The notes under the pieces were generated by a model. The model saw only the letters and a list, made by a program, of their open reading frames with translations, was not told the DNA's origin and searched no databases. A stretch of DNA of 64,000 nt, taken from Candidatus Eiseniibacteriota bacterium. GTDB lineage: Bacteria; Eisenbacteria; RBG-16-71-46. The stretch lies in NCBI GenBank assembly GCA_044223005.1, contig JBGAML010000023.1, positions 1 through 64,000 on the forward strand, in the 5' to 3' direction. Shown here piece by piece: positions 18,799 to 27,734 of this stretch. A program made the translations under genes and the position numbers. Every line of letters starts with the position of its first letter. The stretch's first letter is position 1.

Positions 18799-19716
18799 TC
18801 ACTCCGCCCGGACGGCTCCCGCCAGCTCGGCCGGCAGTTCGCGGTCCTTGGCGGCGACGGCGAGCTCGCTCGCGCCCAGCACGCCGTCCTCGACGACCAC
18901 GCCGCGCAGCAGCGCCGACGGCACGAGCTCGAAGTAGACGTTGCGTGGGCGCACGCCTTCGGGCGCCGCGTCCCAGAGTTCGGCGGGCGGCATCTCGGCG
19001 ATCGCGAGCGCGGCCGTCGAGCCGGGCACGAGCTTCTTGCGCACGCCGATCGCCCACACGGGCACGCCGTGCTCGCGTGCGGCGAGCGCGGCCACGTACG
19101 AGCCGACCTTGTTGAGCACGCCCTGGTCGGTCAGCGCGTCGGCGCCGAGCCACACGGCGGCGGCCTGCTGCACGAGCATCGGCAGCGCGGCGTCGGCGAC
19201 GAGCCAGACGGGGATGCCGTCCGCGGCGAGCGCGGCGGCCATGTCGCGGCCCTCGAGGTTCGGTCGGCTCTCGGCGACCAGCACGCGCGGGCGGCGGCCA
19301 CGCGACTGCAGCTCGCGCAGCGCGGCGAGGACGCCGCCGCTCAGCGAGAGCGTGGCGATCCACGGGCCGCTTTGCGGCAGCAGCTCGGCGGCGAGGTTCG
19401 CGGCGCCGCGCACGGCGGCCGCGAGGTCGTCGCGCTCGGCGGTGCACGAGGCGAGCAGCGAATCGCGCAGGTCGACCGGCGAATCGCCGCGGGCGACCGC
19501 CGTGTCGGCCACCGCCAGCGCGCGCGCGGCGAGCTGGTGCACGAGCGCCATGCTGGGCTGCGCGGCCTGCGCGCGCCGTAGCCACGCGAGCAGTGCCGAG
19601 CGCATCGCGGGCGAGGAGGGCGAGCGGTCGGCCCCGAGCCAGCGCTCGAGGCCGACGAGGAAGCTCTGCGCCACGGCGCCCGATCCCGAACGCCGGTCGC
19701 CCGTGAAGTCGCTCAT
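18799..19716 (-). CDS. eIF-2B alpha/beta/delta-family protein (IF-2B/MtnA/R15Pi fold)
   Basis: QPSMA, ESRPNLEG, GADAL, NKVGS, RNVYFE. Confidence 0.85.
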   Translation of the reverse strand: MSDFTGDRRSGSGAVAQSFLVGLERWLGADRSPSSPAMRSALLAWLRRAQAAQPSMALVHQLAARALAVADTAVARGDSPVDLRDSLLASCTAERDDLAAAVRGAANLAAELLPQSGPWIATLSLSGGVLAALRELQSRGRRPRVLVAESRPNLEGRDMAAALAADGIPVWLVADAALPMLVQQAAAVWLGADALTDQGVLNKVGSYVAALAAREHGVPVWAIGVRKKLVPGSTAALAIAEMPPAELWDAAPEGVRPRNVYFELVPSALLRGVVVEDGVLGASELAVAAKDRELPAELAGAVRAE

Positions 19717-19720
19717 CGCG

Positions 19721-20482
19721 TCACTTCTGGAACAGCTGCTGGAGCCAGAAGATCGTGGTCTGCCGTCCCAGCTCGCCGAACGCCTCGGTGAGCGGGATCT
19801 GCTTCGGGCAGGCCTCGATGCAGTTCTGCGCGTTGCCGCAGTCCGACAGGCCGCCGCGGCCCATGATGGCGTCGAGGCGTTCGTGCGCGTTCATCCGGCC
19901 CGTGGGGTGCGCGTTGAACAGCCGCACCTGCGCCAGCGGCGCGGGGCCGATGAAGTCCGACCGGTCGTTGTACTGCGGGCAGACCTCCATGCAGCAGCCG
20001 CAGGTCATGCAGCGCGAGAACGCGTACGAGATCTCCTGGTCCACGGACGACAGCTTGGGTCCGGGCCCGAGGTCGTACGTGCCGTCGATCGGCACCCACG
20101 CCTGCACCTTCTTCAGCGCCTCGAACATCGGCTTGCGATCCACCTGCAGGTCGCGCACCACGGGGAACTTGGTGAGCGGCTCCAGCACGATGGCGCCCTC
20201 GGGCAGGTTGTCGACCAGCGCCGTGCATGACTGCCGCGGCTTGCCGTTGATCTGCATGGTGCACGCGCCGCAGACCTCTTCGAGGCACGAGCAGTCCCAG
20301 TGCACGGGCGTGGTCTTCTGGCCCTGCTTGGTGACCGGGTTCTTGCGGATCTCCATGAGGCAGGAGATCACGTTCATGTTCGGCTGCCAGGGGAGCGAGA
20401 ACTCCTCCCAGCGGGAGGGAGCCGTGGGCGAGTCCTGGCGCCGGACCTTCAGTTCGATCGTCTGACGGGGCATCGGGCTCAC
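19721..20482 (-). CDS. sdhB: Succinate dehydrogenase/fumarate reductase iron-sulfur subunit
   Basis: CLEEVCGAC, CMTCGCCMEVCP, CGNAQNCIEACP; start could be 20473. Confidence 0.95.
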   Translation of the reverse strand: MSPMPRQTIELKVRRQDSPTAPSRWEEFSLPWQPNMNVISCLMEIRKNPVTKQGQKTTPVHWDCSCLEEVCGACTMQINGKPRQSCTALVDNLPEGAIVLEPLTKFPVVRDLQVDRKPMFEALKKVQAWVPIDGTYDLGPGPKLSSVDQEISYAFSRCMTCGCCMEVCPQYNDRSDFIGPAPLAQVRLFNAHPTGRMNAHERLDAIMGRGGLSDCGNAQNCIEACPKQIPLTEAFGELGRQTTIFWLQQLFQK

Positions 20483-20485
20483 CTC

Positions 20486-22300
20486 CTAATCGTACTTGCG
20501 CGCCACGGGCGCGCAGAGCGAGACGTCGACGGGGTCGTAGCGGAACTTCGGGCCCTCGGGCGAGAAGTCGGCCACGGTGGTCTTGAGCCAGTTGGCGTCG
20601 TCGCGGTTGGGGAAGTCGGGCTTGTAGTGCGCACCGCGACTCTCGTCGCGCGCCAGCGCTCCCAGCGTCACGACGCGCGCCAGGTGCAGCATGTTCCAGA
20701 GCTGGTTCATGAACGAGAGCGGCGCGTTGGCCCACTGGCCGTTGTCGAGCACGCTCGCCTTGCCCCAGCGGTCCATGAGCTCGAGGATCTTGGCGTCCGT
20801 CTCGCGAAGCTTGCCGTTCTCGCGCACGATCGTGACGTTCTCGAGCATCACCTTCCCGAGTTCCTCGTGGATTCGGTACGGGTTCTCGGGTCCGTCGCGG
20901 CGCGAGAGCTCGGCGAAGCGGTCCGACCACTTCTTCTCGGACGCCTCGAACACGCTGCTCGGCGTCTCGGTGCCCGCCTTGGCCTGCGACTGCGCGTACG
21001 CGACCGCCGCCGGGCCGCCGACCATGCCGGCGTACACGCACGAGAGGAGCGAGTTGGCGCCGAGACGGTTGGCGCCGTGGTACTGGTACTCGCACTCGCC
21101 GATCGCGTAGAGCCCCGGCACGCTGGTCATGTGGTTCTTCGGGCTCGCGAGGTTCAGGAACCCGTCGGTCGTGCGCTCGTAGTCGACCCACAGCCCGCCC
21201 ATGGAGTAGTGGACGGCGGGGAAGATCTTCATCGGCACGTCGCAGGGATCCTCGCCCGTGAACTTCTCGTAGATCTCGAGGATGCCCTCGAGCTTGCGCA
21301 TGAGCGTTTCGCGCGGGATGTGCGTGAGGTCGAGATAGACGCACATCTTGCCGTCCACGCCGAGCCCCAGGTTCACGCACACGTTGTGGATCTCGCGGCT
21401 CGCGACGTCGCGCGGAACCAGGTTGCGGTACTTGGGATACTTCTCCTCGAGGAAGTACCAGCGCTCCGACTCGGGAATCTGCTTCGGGGCGCGCGTGTCG
21501 CCCTTGGTCTTCGGCACCCAGACGCGGCCGCCCTCGCCGCGCGCGGATTCGCTCATGAGCCGCAGCTTGTCGGCGCCGGGGATCGCGGTCGGGTGGATCT
21601 GGATGAACTCGCCGTTGCCGTAGTGCGCGCCTTCCATGTAGGCGGCGGCCGCGGCGGCGCCGGAGTTGATGAGGCTGTTGGTGCTCTGGCCGAACAGCAG
21701 GCCCGGGCCGCCCGTCGCCATCATCACCGCGTCGGCGCGGAACGCCTTGGGCTTCATCGAGCGCAGGTCGAGCGCGACCATGCCCACGCACCGGCCCGAG
21801 TCGTCGCGCGTCAGGCCGACGAACTCCCAGCCTTCGTACTTGGTCACGAGCCCGGCCGCCTCGTGGCGGCGCACCTGCTCGTCGAGCGCGTAGAGCAACT
21901 GCTGGCCCGTCGTGGCGCCCGCGAACGCCGTGCGGCTGTGCAGCGTGCCGCCGAAGCGCCGGAAGTCGAGCAGCCCTTCGCCCGTGCGGTTGAACGTCAC
22001 GCCCATGCGGTCGAAGAGGTAGATGATGCCCGGCGCGGCGTAGCACATGCCCTTCACCGGCGCCTGGTGGGCGAGGAAGTCGCCGCCGCGGCACGTGTCC
22101 ACGAAGTGGATCTCGGGGCTGTCGTTCTCGCCCTTCACGTTCACGGCGCCGTTGATGCCGCCCTGGGCGCACACGGAATGCGAGCGCTTCACGGGCACGA
22201 TCGAGAAGAGGTCGACGTGCACGCCGGCCTCGGCCACCTTGATCGCGGCCATGAGCCCGGCGAGTCCGCCGCCGACGATGGCGATGCGCGGCGCGGCCAT
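20486..22300 (-). CDS. sdhA: Succinate dehydrogenase flavoprotein subunit
   Basis: GGGLAG, RSHSVCAQGGIN, QIHPT, SESARGEGG, HGANRLGANSLL, ESRGAH. Confidence 0.96.
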   Translation of the reverse strand: MAAPRIAIVGGGLAGLMAAIKVAEAGVHVDLFSIVPVKRSHSVCAQGGINGAVNVKGENDSPEIHFVDTCRGGDFLAHQAPVKGMCYAAPGIIYLFDRMGVTFNRTGEGLLDFRRFGGTLHSRTAFAGATTGQQLLYALDEQVRRHEAAGLVTKYEGWEFVGLTRDDSGRCVGMVALDLRSMKPKAFRADAVMMATGGPGLLFGQSTNSLINSGAAAAAAYMEGAHYGNGEFIQIHPTAIPGADKLRLMSESARGEGGRVWVPKTKGDTRAPKQIPESERWYFLEEKYPKYRNLVPRDVASREIHNVCVNLGLGVDGKMCVYLDLTHIPRETLMRKLEGILEIYEKFTGEDPCDVPMKIFPAVHYSMGGLWVDYERTTDGFLNLASPKNHMTSVPGLYAIGECEYQYHGANRLGANSLLSCVYAGMVGGPAAVAYAQSQAKAGTETPSSVFEASEKKWSDRFAELSRRDGPENPYRIHEELGKVMLENVTIVRENGKLRETDAKILELMDRWGKASVLDNGQWANAPLSFMNQLWNMLHLARVVTLGALARDESRGAHYKPDFPNRDDANWLKTTVADFSPEGPKFRYDPVDVSLCAPVARKYD

Positions 22301-22998
22301 CAGTGCTGCCCTCCCTGGTAGACGACCGACGACGCCTCGCTCGCGTGCGGCTTGGTGAGCCAGTCCGGGTACAGGCCGTGGCCGGCGAACGCGAGCAGCG
22401 CGTTCAGGCCGACGAGCGTGAGCACGAGGAACACCGCCATCCCGAGCCGCGCGGCCATGCGCTGGCCGTGCTTGCCGGTCGCGAGGCCCCAGTGGATCGC
22501 GAAGCCGAACAGGCCGTTTCCGAAGTGCCAGCACGCCGACACGATCCCGAGCACGTAGAACGCGAACACGCCCGGGTTGGACACCTGCTCCTTCATGAAC
22601 GCGTAGGCGCTGGGGGAGTGCAGGTAGTCGGCATCGAACCGCGTCATCCACGTGTGGAAGAGGATGTAGAACACCAGCACGATGCCCGACACGCGCTGCA
22701 GCACGTACTGCCAGTTGCGCGCGTAGCCGTGCTTGCCGACGTTCGCCTGGCCGGTGGTGGCGATGATCACGCCCAGCACCATGTGGAAGGCGATCGGCGC
22801 CCAGATCCCGAGGGCCTCGACGAGCGCCACGTAGGGGATGCGCGCCAGTTCGGCGGCCGCCTGGTCGAACGCCGCCCCGCTCTGCAGGGCGCGCGAGTTG
22901 GTGAAGAAGTGCTCGAGCAGGAACAGGCCGATCGGGACGACCCCGGTCAGCGAGTGCAGCCGCTTGAGCACGAAGTAGGTGCGATCCGAGACCTTCAT
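22300..22998 (-). CDS. sdhC: Succinate dehydrogenase cytochrome b558 subunit (single 5-TM anchor, Bacillus-like)
   Basis: RLHSLTGVVPIG, several His ligand candidates, WHFGNGL; overlaps the sdhA start. Confidence 0.92.
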   Translation of the reverse strand: MKVSDRTYFVLKRLHSLTGVVPIGLFLLEHFFTNSRALQSGAAFDQAAAELARIPYVALVEALGIWAPIAFHMVLGVIIATTGQANVGKHGYARNWQYVLQRVSGIVLVFYILFHTWMTRFDADYLHSPSAYAFMKEQVSNPGVFAFYVLGIVSACWHFGNGLFGFAIHWGLATGKHGQRMAARLGMAVFLVLTLVGLNALLAFAGHGLYPDWLTKPHASEASSVVYQGGQH

Positions 22999-23044
22999 GG
23001 CCTTGCGCCTTTCGTTCATGGGGGTCCGAGGACGGTCCGGCCCG

Positions 23045-23140
23045 AATATAGCAGAGGGCCCCGGTGCTCCAATGAGTTTCTCGCGCAACAGGTTGCGCCG
23101 ATCGGGGGCATTGTGGCGCCGGGGGCCGGCGTGCTACTTT
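23045..23140. promoter_or_regulatory. Divergent housekeeping-type promoters for sdhCAB and the radical SAM operon
   Basis: Minus strand TGcTATATT (23045-23053); plus strand TGcTACTTT (23132-23140); palindrome GCGCAAC-AG-GTTGCGC (23083-23098) between them. Confidence 0.5.
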
Positions 23141-23146
23141 CTCGCG

Positions 23147-23251
23147 CTGACCCGGCAGAGCCGGGGGGCCCTGGGTACGGCTCCCCGAATGGCGTTGCCA
23201 ACCACGTCGTCGGGGCGCATGGTGGTTCGATTCCACCTCGTCACGGCTGCC
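23147..23251 (+). ncRNA. Candidate tRNA-like structured leader RNA
   Basis: Perfect T-arm GGTGG-TTCGATT-CCACC, a D-like hairpin and a long hairpin with TTGCCAA at its apex; no canonical acceptor stem or CCA. Confidence 0.45.
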
Positions 23252-23269
23252 CGAGGAGTCGATCCCCGC

Positions 23270-25936
23270 ATGTCCGTTTCGCTGAGCGAGCTGATCGAAC
23301 ACCAGTTGCTTCCGCGCGTCTCGAAGCCCAATCGCTACCTCGGCAACGCGATGGAGGCGACGCGCAAGGCGCCCGAGTCGGTCGACGTCAAGCTGCTGCT
23401 CGCGTTCCCGGACGCGTACGAGATCGGGCTCTCCAACCTCGGGATCCGGATCCTCCACCACCTCGTGAACCAGCGCGCCGACGCGCTCGCCGAGATGGCG
23501 TTCGCACCGTGGCCCGACGCCGAGGCCGAGATGCGCCGGCTGGGGATCCCGCTCTTCTCGAACGACTCGCACACGCCCGCGGGCGCTTTCGACGTGATCG
23601 GGTTCTCGCTCCAGTACGAGCTCCAGTACACGAACGTGCTCATGATGCTCGAGCTGGCCGGCATGCCGCTGCGCACGCTCGAGCGCGACGAGCGTCATCC
23701 GCTCGTGATCGCCGGCGGCGCGCAGGCGTTCAGCCCCGAACCCATGGCGGAGTTCGTCGACGCGTTCGTGATCGGTGACGGCGAGGACGCGATCCACTCC
23801 GTGCTCGACACCGTGAAGCGCGCCAAGGCCGAGCAGCTGCCCCGGCGGGCGCTGCTGCGCCGGCTCGCGCACCTGCCGGGCGTCTACGTCCCGAGCGGCT
23901 ACGAACTCGAGCCCTCGCCCGAAGGCTGGCTCGTGCCCGTCGCGCTGCCGGGCTATCCCGACCGCGTGCGCAGCGTCTGGGTGAAGGCGCTCCAGCCCGA
24001 GTACTACCCGCCCATGCCGCTCGTGCCCGTCGGCGAGATCACGCACGACCGGCTCTCGGTCGAGGTCATGCGCGGCTGCACGCGCGGCTGCCGCTTCTGC
24101 CAGGCCGGGATGATCAACCGCCCCGTGCGCGAAAAGCCCGCGCAGCAGGTGGTGGAGGAGGTCCTGCGCGGCCTGCAGGGGACCGGCATGGAGGAGGTCT
24201 CGCTCATCTCGCTGTCGACGACCGACCACACGCAGATCGTCGAGCAGGTGAACGCGCTCGCCGACCTGCTGTGCTCCTCGCGCGTGCAGCTCTCGCTGCC
24301 GTCGACGCGGCCGGACAACGTTCCCGCCGAGGTGGCGCAGCGCATCGCCGCGCAGAAGAAGGGCAGCATCACGCTGGCGCCCGAGGCCGGCAGCCAGCGC
24401 ATGCGCGACGTGATCAACAAGAACCACTCGGAAGCCGAGCTGCTCACCTCGATCACCACCGCCGCGCGCGAGGGTTACACGGGCGCCAAGCTCTACTTCA
24501 TGTGCGGGCTGCCCACCGAGACCGACGACGACCTGCGCGCGATCATCGACCTCGGCCACAAGGCGTGGCAGGCCGCGCGCGACGCGGGCAATCGCGGGTT
24601 CCGGGTCGTGGTCAGCGTCTCGCCGCACGTGCCCAAGCCGCACACGCCGTTCGCGTGGGCGGAACAGGTCACGACCACCGAGCTCAAGCGCAAGCTCGGC
24701 GTGCTGCGTGACGCGGTGAAGGGCCGCCCGATCTCCCTGAAGTACCGCGACGCGGAGACGAGCCTCCTGGAAGGCGTCTTCACGCGCGGCGACCGCCGCC
24801 TCGGGACCACCCTCGAGGCCGCGTACCGTCGGGGCTGCCGCTTCGACGCGTGGTCGGAGCACCTGCGCTTCGACACCTGGATGTCCGTGTTCGCCGAGCA
24901 CGGCATCGACCCCGAGCGTTACCTGATCGAGCGCTCGACGGACGTCGACCAGCCGTGGGACATGGTGGAGTCGCCGGTGACCCGCAAGTTCCTCGTGCGC
25001 GAGAAGCAGCGCGCCGACCGGGCGGGGGCCACCGACGACTGCCGGCTCGAGGACATCTGCTTCTCGTGCGGCGTCACGGACTGTCCGCAGCGACCGTGGG
25101 TGCGAGAGCCCCACGTGTCGCTCGACCTGGACAAGGCCCTCGCGGCCGTTCCCACCCCGACCTACGGGCGACGGGCACGGCGGAGCGGGGGCGGAGCGTC
25201 GGGCGTCGCGACCTCGACGCGCTTCCGCATCCAGTTCGAGAAGGGGAGCGCGATGCGCTTCACCTCGCACCTGGATCTCATGCGAACCTGGGAACGTGCC
25301 CTGCGCCGTTCCGGGTTGCCACTCGCCTACTCCCAGGGGCATCACCCGCACTTGAAGATGTCGTTCGGGCCCCCGTTGCCGCTGGGATACCGTTCACGGG
25401 CCGAAGTGTTCGACCTCGAGTTCGTCCGTCCGCCCGCCGTGGACCTCGCCGAGAGGCTGGGTGCGGTGCTGCCGGACGGGCTGACGCTGGTCGCGTTCCG
25501 ACCCATTCTCTTCAAGGCCCCCTCGCTCATGAGCCAACTGGAGGGCGCCAGCTACCGCGTTCGTTTCCCGCGCAGCTTCCTCGCGCAGGCGAACGTGTCC
25601 CCGGACGAACTCCTCGGCGCGCTGGACGCGCGCACGCGGGAGCTGCTGTCGCGGGACGTGGTGGTGGTGCGTCGCGAGAGCGAGGACAAAGTACGCGAAT
25701 TCGACGCAAGGCCGTCGATGGCGGCGCTGCATGCGACCGACGACGAGAAGCCGGCCGTGCTGGACCTGCACCTGCGCTTCACCCAGCGCGCACAGGCCCG
25801 GCCGGACGACGTCGTCGGGCTGCTGTTTCCCGGCACCGATCCCCGCACCGTGGATGTCGAACGCACGGAGATGTGGGCGGAGCGCGGGGGCGAGCGGCTC
25901 GATCCCATGCGGTTGCTGGTCCCCCACGAAGGCTGA
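23270..25936 (+). CDS. B12-binding-type radical SAM protein (TIGR03960-like) fused to a radical SAM-linked domain (TIGR03936/DUF2344-like)
   Basis: FPDAYEIGLSNLG, CTRGCRFC, APEAGSQRMR, PKPHTPF; C-terminal RFTSHLDL...YSQGHHPH..SFGPPLPLG. Confidence 0.88.
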   Translation: MSVSLSELIEHQLLPRVSKPNRYLGNAMEATRKAPESVDVKLLLAFPDAYEIGLSNLGIRILHHLVNQRADALAEMAFAPWPDAEAEMRRLGIPLFSNDSHTPAGAFDVIGFSLQYELQYTNVLMMLELAGMPLRTLERDERHPLVIAGGAQAFSPEPMAEFVDAFVIGDGEDAIHSVLDTVKRAKAEQLPRRALLRRLAHLPGVYVPSGYELEPSPEGWLVPVALPGYPDRVRSVWVKALQPEYYPPMPLVPVGEITHDRLSVEVMRGCTRGCRFCQAGMINRPVREKPAQQVVEEVLRGLQGTGMEEVSLISLSTTDHTQIVEQVNALADLLCSSRVQLSLPSTRPDNVPAEVAQRIAAQKKGSITLAPEAGSQRMRDVINKNHSEAELLTSITTAAREGYTGAKLYFMCGLPTETDDDLRAIIDLGHKAWQAARDAGNRGFRVVVSVSPHVPKPHTPFAWAEQVTTTELKRKLGVLRDAVKGRPISLKYRDAETSLLEGVFTRGDRRLGTTLEAAYRRGCRFDAWSEHLRFDTWMSVFAEHGIDPERYLIERSTDVDQPWDMVESPVTRKFLVREKQRADRAGATDDCRLEDICFSCGVTDCPQRPWVREPHVSLDLDKALAAVPTPTYGRRARRSGGGASGVATSTRFRIQFEKGSAMRFTSHLDLMRTWERALRRSGLPLAYSQGHHPHLKMSFGPPLPLGYRSRAEVFDLEFVRPPAVDLAERLGAVLPDGLTLVAFRPILFKAPSLMSQLEGASYRVRFPRSFLAQANVSPDELLGALDARTRELLSRDVVVVRRESEDKVREFDARPSMAALHATDDEKPAVLDLHLRFTQRAQARPDDVVGLLFPGTDPRTVDVERTEMWAERGGERLDPMRLLVPHEG

Positions 25937-25963
25937 GCGCGAACGCGTCCGGGAAGGACGCAC

Positions 25964-27514
25964 GTGAAGCAGCGCATCATCATCAACGCCGACTCGTACG
26001 AGACGCGGGTCGCGATCCTCGAGCACGACGAGCTGGCCGAACTGTTCGTCGAGCGCGCCGAGCAGCGGCGCAGCGTCGGCGACGTGTACAAGGGCCGCGT
26101 GAACGCCGTGCTGCCGGGGATGCAGTCGGCATTCGTGGACCTCGGGCTCGCCAAGACCGGGTTCCTGCACGCGTCCGACCTCGCCGAGTCGCTGAACGCG
26201 CTCGAGGACCTCTCCGACGCGGACGACACCGCGGGGGACCGCCACAAGCGCCGCCGCGCGCCCGTGCCCAAGATCGAGGACCACCTCAAGAAGGGGCAGG
26301 AGATCCTCGTCCAGATCACCAAGGAGTCGATCGGCACCAAGGGCCCGCGCGTCACGCAGCAGATCAGCCTGCCCGGCCGCTTCTGCGTGCTCATGCCCGG
26401 CGTGGACCACGTCGGCGTCTCGCGCCGCATCGAGGAGCGCACGGAGCGCCAGCGGATCAAGGCCATCATCCACGACCTCAAGCCCAAGGGCGTCGGTCTC
26501 ATCGCCCGCACGGCGGGCGAGGGCAAGGGCGACACCGAGTACGCCGCCGACATCAAGCACCTGACGCGCCTCTGGCAGCGCATCGAGAAGAAGTCCCAGG
26601 GCTCGCGCGCGCCCGCGCTCGTGCACCGCGAACTCGAGATGACCGCCAGCCTCATCCGCGACCTGTTCACGGACGACGTCGAGGAAGTCTTCATCGACGA
26701 CAAGGACTCCTTCGCCGAGATCGAGCGCTACCTGAAGGCCGTCTCGCCCGAGCTCGCGGACCGGGTGAAGCTCTACAAGGGCAAGGAACCGATCTTCGAC
26801 GCGTTCAACATCGAGTCGCAGATCGAGAAGACCTTCGAGCGCAAGGTGTGGCTCAAGAAGGGCGGTTACATCTGCATCGACCACGCCGAGGCGCTGGTCG
26901 CGATCGACGTCAACACCGGCCGGTTCACCGGCAAGAAGAACCAGGAAGAGACCATCTTCCGCACCAACATGGAGGCTGCGGTCGAGGTGCCGCGCCAGCT
27001 CCGGCTGCGCGACATCGGCGGCATCATCGTGGTCGACTTCATCGACATGGAGATCGAGAGCAACAAGCGCGCGGTGCTCGACACCCTGCGCACCGAGCTC
27101 CGCAAGGACCGAGCGCGCACCAAGGCGTTCGCGGTGAGCGAACTCGGCCTGATCGAGATGACCCGGCAGCGCGAGCGCTCGAGCCTGCTGCACTACTACA
27201 CCGAGGATTGCCCGACCTGCGGCGGCCTCGGCAAGGTGCCCAGCAGCGAGACCATGCTGGTCAAGCTGGAGCGCGCCATGCGCCGCGTGATGGCGATGGG
27301 CTCGCACAAGCGCGTCACCGTGAAGGTGGCGCCGGACGTCGCGCTCTACTTCGTCGAAACGGAAGCGCGGCGGTTCTCGGAGCTCGAGAAGCGGTTCCGC
27401 ATCCAGATCGACCTCAAGGACGATCCGCAGCTCAAGCGCGGCGAGATGAAGATCCTCTCTGACAAGAAGCAGGACCTCACCAAGCAGGTCGTCGGCGCGG
27501 TGCCCGGCACGTAG
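25964..27514 (+). CDS. rng: Ribonuclease E/G family (Rne/Rng)
   Basis: S1 domain GDVYKGRV..VLPGMQSAFVD, IDVNTG, RQLRLRDIGGIIVVDFIDM, CPTCGG. Confidence 0.93.
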   Translation: MKQRIIINADSYETRVAILEHDELAELFVERAEQRRSVGDVYKGRVNAVLPGMQSAFVDLGLAKTGFLHASDLAESLNALEDLSDADDTAGDRHKRRRAPVPKIEDHLKKGQEILVQITKESIGTKGPRVTQQISLPGRFCVLMPGVDHVGVSRRIEERTERQRIKAIIHDLKPKGVGLIARTAGEGKGDTEYAADIKHLTRLWQRIEKKSQGSRAPALVHRELEMTASLIRDLFTDDVEEVFIDDKDSFAEIERYLKAVSPELADRVKLYKGKEPIFDAFNIESQIEKTFERKVWLKKGGYICIDHAEALVAIDVNTGRFTGKKNQEETIFRTNMEAAVEVPRQLRLRDIGGIIVVDFIDMEIESNKRAVLDTLRTELRKDRARTKAFAVSELGLIEMTRQRERSSLLHYYTEDCPTCGGLGKVPSSETMLVKLERAMRRVMAMGSHKRVTVKVAPDVALYFVETEARRFSELEKRFRIQIDLKDDPQLKRGEMKILSDKKQDLTKQVVGAVPGT

Positions 27515-27540
27515 GCCACGCACCCCGACGCGTCACGCGA

Positions 27541-27573
27541 CGGCCGGCGCCCGTTCCGGGAGCCGGCCGTTTC
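27541..27573 (+). terminator. Intrinsic terminator
   Basis: CGGCCGGC...GCCGGCCG stem followed by TTTC. Confidence 0.6.
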
Positions 27574-27734
27574 GCTTGCCGGGAACCCGGAACGGGGAAG
27601 AGGGTACCAACTGCGGACCGGGCGGGATCGCCCGCGCGCCGCGCTCCACCCCGAGGGCTCCCGCTCCCGCCACGGCTACCCCTTCCCCCGTCCTCGCCGC
27701 CTACGGCGAACGCCTCATCCGAAGGAGTGCCGTC

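Noticed and set aside
23155..23237. SAM-I or cobalamin riboswitch (CCAACC...GGTGG resembles the SAM-I P3 helix)
   Set aside because: The ATC...GAT P1 helix, kink-turn P2 and B12-box consensus are missing.
23147..23251. Calling the T-arm element a real tRNA-Gly, tmRNA or YrlA-type Y RNA
   Set aside because: No 7-bp acceptor stem or CCA and an irregular anticodon stem; too short for tmRNA; the T-arm is 3'-proximal, unlike my recollection of YrlA, and no Ro60/rsr gene is nearby.
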